Assembly: GCA_965222605.1 (NCBI GenBank)
Contig: OZ244960.1
Location: 1,664,001-1,728,000 of the forward strand
Direction: 5' to 3'
Source: Candidatus Latescibacterota bacterium
Lineage (GTDB): Bacteria > Latescibacterota > UBA2968
DNA: 64,000 nucleotides
Under the pieces are notes generated by a model, which saw only the letters and a program-made list of their open reading frames with translations, did not search any database and was not told the DNA's origin. Shown piece after piece: positions 59,802 through 64,000 of this stretch. Numbering within the stretch: the first letter of the stretch is position 1; every line of letters begins with the position of its first letter. The position numbers and the translations under genes are program-made.

Positions 59802-62066
59802 TTACCTATAAGGAAAGGGCAGTGGCAGCGCGACCTTCGAACCAGAGGTACCACTCCCGTAATGATCGACAAAGATCAGAAAATCGGAAAAGTCAATCAT
59901 GCCATCGCCATTGAGATCCATCTGAGCATCGAAACCTACATCTCCTGAACCTGTGCCAAAAGCCACAACGAACAAAAGAAAATCGGAAAAGTCAATCATG
60001 CCATCGCCATTAAAATCGCCGGGATTGGTGTCATTGACGCGATTGGCCAGAATCAAAAACGAATCGCCATCCTGCGGAAACCGATCCGGTATGCGGCGCG
60101 CGGCAAAAATGATATACATAATGGGCGGTGCCGGTGCGTCGTTGATCAAGCCCTGTGACAACTCCGCCACATTGGAATCATCATCCGGCTCGGTATAATC
60201 CCGATCAAAAATGAACAGCCACTCGCGCGGTCCATTGGTATTCAGGTTGCTGACATCGTTGAAAAATGCCGGACCATACGCGCCGTTGACCAGGCCACCG
60301 GGCTGGTTATTTTCCAGCCAGCCAACTTCGAGGCGGCGATTATTTTCCACATCCCATGCCGAAAGCGCGATGGGATTGCGCTCCTGATACACATATTCAC
60401 CGGGGCCTTCTGTATTGATGATATAATGGCTCCAGTCATAAGGTGCTTTTGTAGTTGTCTGCTCTGCAGGTGCAGGAGCAGGAGCACTTGCGCTGCGCAA
60501 GTACCGGTATCCCCACGACACATTGGGATTGGTCAGGTCTATGGGTTTGTACTGATCCTCGCCTTCGTCTTCAATCACACTGGTAAATCGCAATTCCACA
60601 TTGACCAACCGCGCAGGCGACACACTCGTCGGGCCAAACCAATACTGGGCAATATCGCCCGTCATCGCACCGCGGAAGCCTTCGGCATCCCAGTTGGTAT
60701 TTGCCCAGGTATACCACCGCTCGCCCGATGGAATATCCCAATCTTTTATACCAAAAGTGGGGGGAGACGGAGGCGGAGGCGGAGGCGTGGGCGGAGGCGT
60801 GGGCGGAGGCGTGGGAAATACAACAAAATCGGCATCAAAAGCCGATTGTGCAAACGTATCGTTAACCCGCACAGCCGTAATCGACGTGAGACGATCTTGA
60901 CCTTGACCCATAATAATCCCCACCACCACTTCCTGCGTATCGCCGGGCGCAAAGGTAAACGGCCCCGCCGTAAGCATCAAACGGCGGTCAGCGGGGTTTT
61001 CATCGTTCCAGCCCGTACCCGCAACCGGATCACCATCCACCATAAATGCCTTCACCTGACCCGTAATCGGATCGGTGTGATCGGTCACGCCGCCATCTGG
61101 ATCAACGCCCTTCATATAGTTATAGACCTGTTCTGCGGTGTATGGATCGGTACCGTTGATATATTTGTTAAACGACGTCATCGGCAATTCCACACCGTCA
61201 TCGCCAATTGGACCCTTAAAAAAGTCATACCCCACGGCTGGCGGTGACGAACCATACTGCGAGTCTGTGTTCGATCCGTTATAACAAAACCCAAAGCTCG
61301 TCTCCACATCGCAACCCACCAGGTCGTTATCGGACTGCCCCAGATCGGGATCAGACCAAATCGACACATACGTGCTATCGATGGTATTGCCACCCTTGTT
61401 GATGATCAAAAATTTGATAAATACCACATTGCCAAGTGGATCTGTGCGGTCGAACCCAAATGTCGTCTGCTGTATTTCAACGCCCAAAGGCGCGGTCAGC
61501 ATCTCAGTGTGACTGCCGGGATCGGCATCGTTATACACCGCCCACAGGGTCTGGTCGCCCAGCACCATCGGCGTGCCATCGGGATTGACCGGCGCGCCGT
61601 CTTCAACCGGCCACTGCGCGTAATCCGGACTTTCCGGGCCATCGCCTTTGTTGATCTTATACACGCGATAGCGGTCGAGCTCTGGATCGGCAGGCGTGCC
61701 GTCGGGCAAAATTGGCCCGGGCGCAAATTCAAAAAAATACGCGGCAATCGCCACGCGGAGTTCGCCATTGACCTTCCCCGCAATCCACGGCCCCGCGGCA
61801 AAGACCGCGGTTTGCCCGTGCGTGCCCTTGGGAAATTCAAGGCCCGAAGCTCCGGTCGCCAGGTCCCAGGCAAATGATCCCTGATTGGTCACAAACATCG
61901 CGATATTGTTCACATCGAAGAGTTGATCAGTGCTAATTTTACCCAATCGCGGCTTTTGCGAGGGCGAAGCAGCCAGCGCAATACCGGCCATGCTCACGCT
62001 CATCGAAGCCAACGTCAGAATTGTGGATAGCATCACGCCACAACATATTTTGAAAAAACTTTTCAA
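59802..62066 (-). CDS. Secreted paralog of 52999..56139 with internal deletion and C-terminal dockerin-like double EF-hand
   Basis: Near-identical blocks to the 1046-aa protein; GDFNGDGMIDFSDF and DLNGDGMIDFSDF; TTG start after GGAGAG. Confidence 0.85.
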   Translation of the reverse strand: MKSFFKICCGVMLSTILTLASMSVSMAGIALAASPSQKPRLGKISTDQLFDVNNIAMFVTNQGSFAWDLATGASGLEFPKGTHGQTAVFAAGPWIAGKVNGELRVAIAAYFFEFAPGPILPDGTPADPELDRYRVYKINKGDGPESPDYAQWPVEDGAPVNPDGTPMVLGDQTLWAVYNDADPGSHTEMLTAPLGVEIQQTTFGFDRTDPLGNVVFIKFLIINKGGNTIDSTYVSIWSDPDLGQSDNDLVGCDVETSFGFCYNGSNTDSQYGSSPPAVGYDFFKGPIGDDGVELPMTSFNKYINGTDPYTAEQVYNYMKGVDPDGGVTDHTDPITGQVKAFMVDGDPVAGTGWNDENPADRRLMLTAGPFTFAPGDTQEVVVGIIMGQGQDRLTSITAVRVNDTFAQSAFDADFVVFPTPPPTPPPTPPPPPPSPPTFGIKDWDIPSGERWYTWANTNWDAEGFRGAMTGDIAQYWFGPTSVSPARLVNVELRFTSVIEDEGEDQYKPIDLTNPNVSWGYRYLRSASAPAPAPAEQTTTKAPYDWSHYIINTEGPGEYVYQERNPIALSAWDVENNRRLEVGWLENNQPGGLVNGAYGPAFFNDVSNLNTNGPREWLFIFDRDYTEPDDDSNVAELSQGLINDAPAPPIMYIIFAARRIPDRFPQDGDSFLILANRVNDTNPGDFNGDGMIDFSDFLLFVVAFGTGSGDVGFDAQMDLNGDGMIDFSDFLIFVDHYGSGTSGSKVALPLPFPYR
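59878..60011. repeat. Perfect 35-bp direct repeat encoding the two EF-hand loops
   Basis: agaaaatcggaaaagtcaatcatgccatcgccatt at 59878-59912 and 59977-60011. Confidence 0.85.
60768..60813. repeat. 12-bp x3 plus hexamer tandem repeat encoding a Pro/Thr linker
   Basis: ggcggaggcgtg x3 preceded by ggcgga units; protein PTPPPTPPPTPPPPPP. Confidence 0.85.
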
Positions 62067-62103
62067 GGCCTGATCTCTCCATTCCGTCTTTATGCTTCTC
62101 ACT

Positions 62104-63195
62104 TCACACCGATGACAGCGATATGCCCTGGTGAATGGGTTTTCCCTGTGACCGGCGCACCTGAATGAGTTCGGACACAATACTCACGGCAATTTCTGCG
62201 GGTGTATCTGCGCCGATATCCAATCCAATCGGCGCGTGAACCGCATCCAATTTTTCTCGCGGAATGCCCTTAGCTTCAAACTCTTTCCACATCAGCGCGA
62301 TCTTGCGACGGCTGCCAATCATACCAATATACGCCGCAGAGGTATGAATAGCCTGCTCGATAACCGGCTTGTCGTGCTGGTGCCCGCGCGTCACCGCCAC
62401 CACATAAGACAAATCGTCAATGACCAGATGGTCAAAAACCGTCTCCATCTCCAGCGTCAGCGTTTCACTCGCCATGGGAAACCGCTCTTTATTGGCAAAC
62501 ATAGGTCGGTCGTCAATGACCACAATCCGAAACCCAACCGAATGCGCGACCTGTGCGATGGCAAAGGAGACATGCCCCCCGCCAAACAAGAACAACGTGG
62601 GTTCTGGACAAACAGATTCCAAAAAGACCACAACGGGTTCTGTGCCGATTTCTATGACTTTGAGCAAACTCTCCGGAATCGTCTCAAAAGCCGCCACCTC
62701 TTCGCGCACAAGAGTTTCGGCAAGGGCATGGCCCAGACTACCCACTGTTCTGCCATCGGGATGTATCAATAGCTTCGCGCCCACCTGAGCGCCACCCGAA
62801 ACCAGCGTTGCCAACACGGCCGAACCGCGCACTTTGAGAACCCGAGCTATATCGCCGAGCATGTCATCTGCGCGACCAGGCAGCAGCGGTTCGGTAAAAA
62901 TCTCGACATTGCCGCCGCAATTGAGGCCATTTTCGCCCGCGTGTTTTTCCGTCAAAATAAACTTCTGCAATGTCGGCGCTTCGGTTTCCATCACATGACG
63001 GGCTTCGGCCCACACATCGGCTTCCAAACACCCGCCGCCCACAGTACCTATAATCACGCCATCGGGACGCACGAGCATCTTGGCCTTTTTGCTCATCGGC
63101 AAAGACCCCTTGCTCGACACAATAGTCGATAAGGCGGCTTTTTCGCCCTGTGAAATTAGGGTCAACGCCTCTTGAAAAACATCTTGACCAGCCAT
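62104..63195 (-). CDS. XdhC/CoxI family Mo-hydroxylase accessory protein
   Basis: GTVGGGCLE, NCGG, FGGGHV, TRGH..D, YIGMIGS, APIGLDIGA.TP.EIAVSI. Confidence 0.9.
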   Translation of the reverse strand: MAGQDVFQEALTLISQGEKAALSTIVSSKGSLPMSKKAKMLVRPDGVIIGTVGGGCLEADVWAEARHVMETEAPTLQKFILTEKHAGENGLNCGGNVEIFTEPLLPGRADDMLGDIARVLKVRGSAVLATLVSGGAQVGAKLLIHPDGRTVGSLGHALAETLVREEVAAFETIPESLLKVIEIGTEPVVVFLESVCPEPTLFLFGGGHVSFAIAQVAHSVGFRIVVIDDRPMFANKERFPMASETLTLEMETVFDHLVIDDLSYVVAVTRGHQHDKPVIEQAIHTSAAYIGMIGSRRKIALMWKEFEAKGIPREKLDAVHAPIGLDIGADTPAEIAVSIVSELIQVRRSQGKPIHQGISLSSV

Positions 63196-63231
63196 AACGT
63201 CACCTATTGAGAAAACGCGCACAAACGCAGC

Positions 63232-63999
63232 CTACTTCCAAACAGACCGCAGTGTTCGCGCCAGTTGGATCAAACTCTCCAGATTGTGTGCAGGTAAAAA
63301 ATAATCCAGATAGGGCAATGCTGTCTTCATCCCCAAACACAGGGGCTGATATCCCGGCGTGCCCAAAAGCGGATTGAGCCACATCAACTTATGCACGCGC
63401 TTTCGCAAGCGCGCCATCTCTTGCCGCATCAAATCGGGATCGCCCCTGTCCCAGCCATCGCTCACAATAATCATCACAGTGCGCGAATGCAACATATCGC
63501 GTGCAAACTGGTCGTTAAACTCGCGCAAACACCCGCCAATATCTGTTCCACCTGCCCAGTCGTGTACTGTATCAGCCACTTCCACGAGCGATTCTTCAAT
63601 GCCCTTTGTTTTCAATAGTCGCGAAATTGCGGTCATCCGCGTGGAAAACACCCCGACCTCCACATCTCGGATTTCGCGCTTGAGCGCGTAGATAAAGCGG
63701 ATTAGAAAGCGGCTATAACAATCCATAGACCCGCTAACATCACACAACAACATCAGCCTGGTTTTTTTTATGCGCCGCCGCTTCATCATCAATTCGACAC
63801 CATCAGAACCATATATCGCATTGCGCCGCCAGGTGCGCCTGAAATCCAGTTCAGCCCCCCGTTTTTCGGGCACGCGCCTGCGACTGCGGCGATTGGCAAT
63901 AATATTCACAATTTCGTGGATCACCTTTCGGGCCTGCTCAATCTCTCGATCGGACATTGCGGCCAAATCTTTTCCCATCAAAGCCTCATCGGGGCTATA
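63232..63999 (-). CDS. VWA domain CoxE-like protein (5' end beyond the window)
   Basis: LCDVSGSM, FSTR, W.GGT.IG, VSDGWDRG, WLNPL. Confidence 0.88.
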   Translation of the reverse strand, partial: YSPDEALMGKDLAAMSDREIEQARKVIHEIVNIIANRRSRRRVPEKRGAELDFRRTWRRNAIYGSDGVELMMKRRRIKKTRLMLLCDVSGSMDCYSRFLIRFIYALKREIRDVEVGVFSTRMTAISRLLKTKGIEESLVEVADTVHDWAGGTDIGGCLREFNDQFARDMLHSRTVMIIVSDGWDRGDPDLMRQEMARLRKRVHKLMWLNPLLGTPGYQPLCLGMKTALPYLDYFLPAHNLESLIQLARTLRSVWK

Positions 64000-64000
64000 C

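Noticed and set aside
53395-62066. Diversity-generating retroelement template/variable repeat pair
   Set aside because: No reverse transcriptase in the window; the repeats are long coding duplications and the differences do not appear adenine-specific
62067-62180. Cys-rich N-terminus of the 792-aa ORF
   Set aside because: Overlaps xdhC; alignment to the paralog and the RBS place the start at TTG 62066

Overview
Gene-dense bacterial chromosomal segment with about 55 CDS, most on the minus strand. I saw no rRNA, tRNA, CRISPR array, transposase or reverse transcriptase. The gene content (PhyH dioxygenases, sulfatase, ankyrin/TPR proteins, Uma2, many small toxin-antitoxin-like genes, dockerin and PorV-family proteins) resembles an FCB-group organism such as Latescibacterota or Gemmatimonadota, possibly a marine or sponge symbiont; this is inference only. 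Main points: (1) 11.7-21.5 kb holds a lipid synthesis/export cluster with a sigma-54 promoter motif, comprising a flippase-like protein, TolC, a bifunctional IPCT/DIPPS-like enzyme, an MlaC/HpnM-like protein, an MMPL/RND transporter, an unrecognised internally duplicated membrane protein and a GMC oxidoreductase. (2) 51.9-62.1 kb holds a TonB-dependent receptor / large secreted protein with a T9SS-like CTD / PorV cassette, plus a module-shuffled paralog whose CTD is replaced by a dockerin-like domain. (3) The uxuA homolog lacks the RPDH active-site motif. (4) One PhyH enzyme has HxG instead of HxD. (5) infA has a Pro/Gly/Arg tail and is followed by a long rod-like hairpin. (6) There are two islets of toxin-antitoxin-like genes. 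All product calls come from recognising motifs by eye; no database searches were run. Start codons were adjusted from the ORF track where an RBS supported a downstream start.
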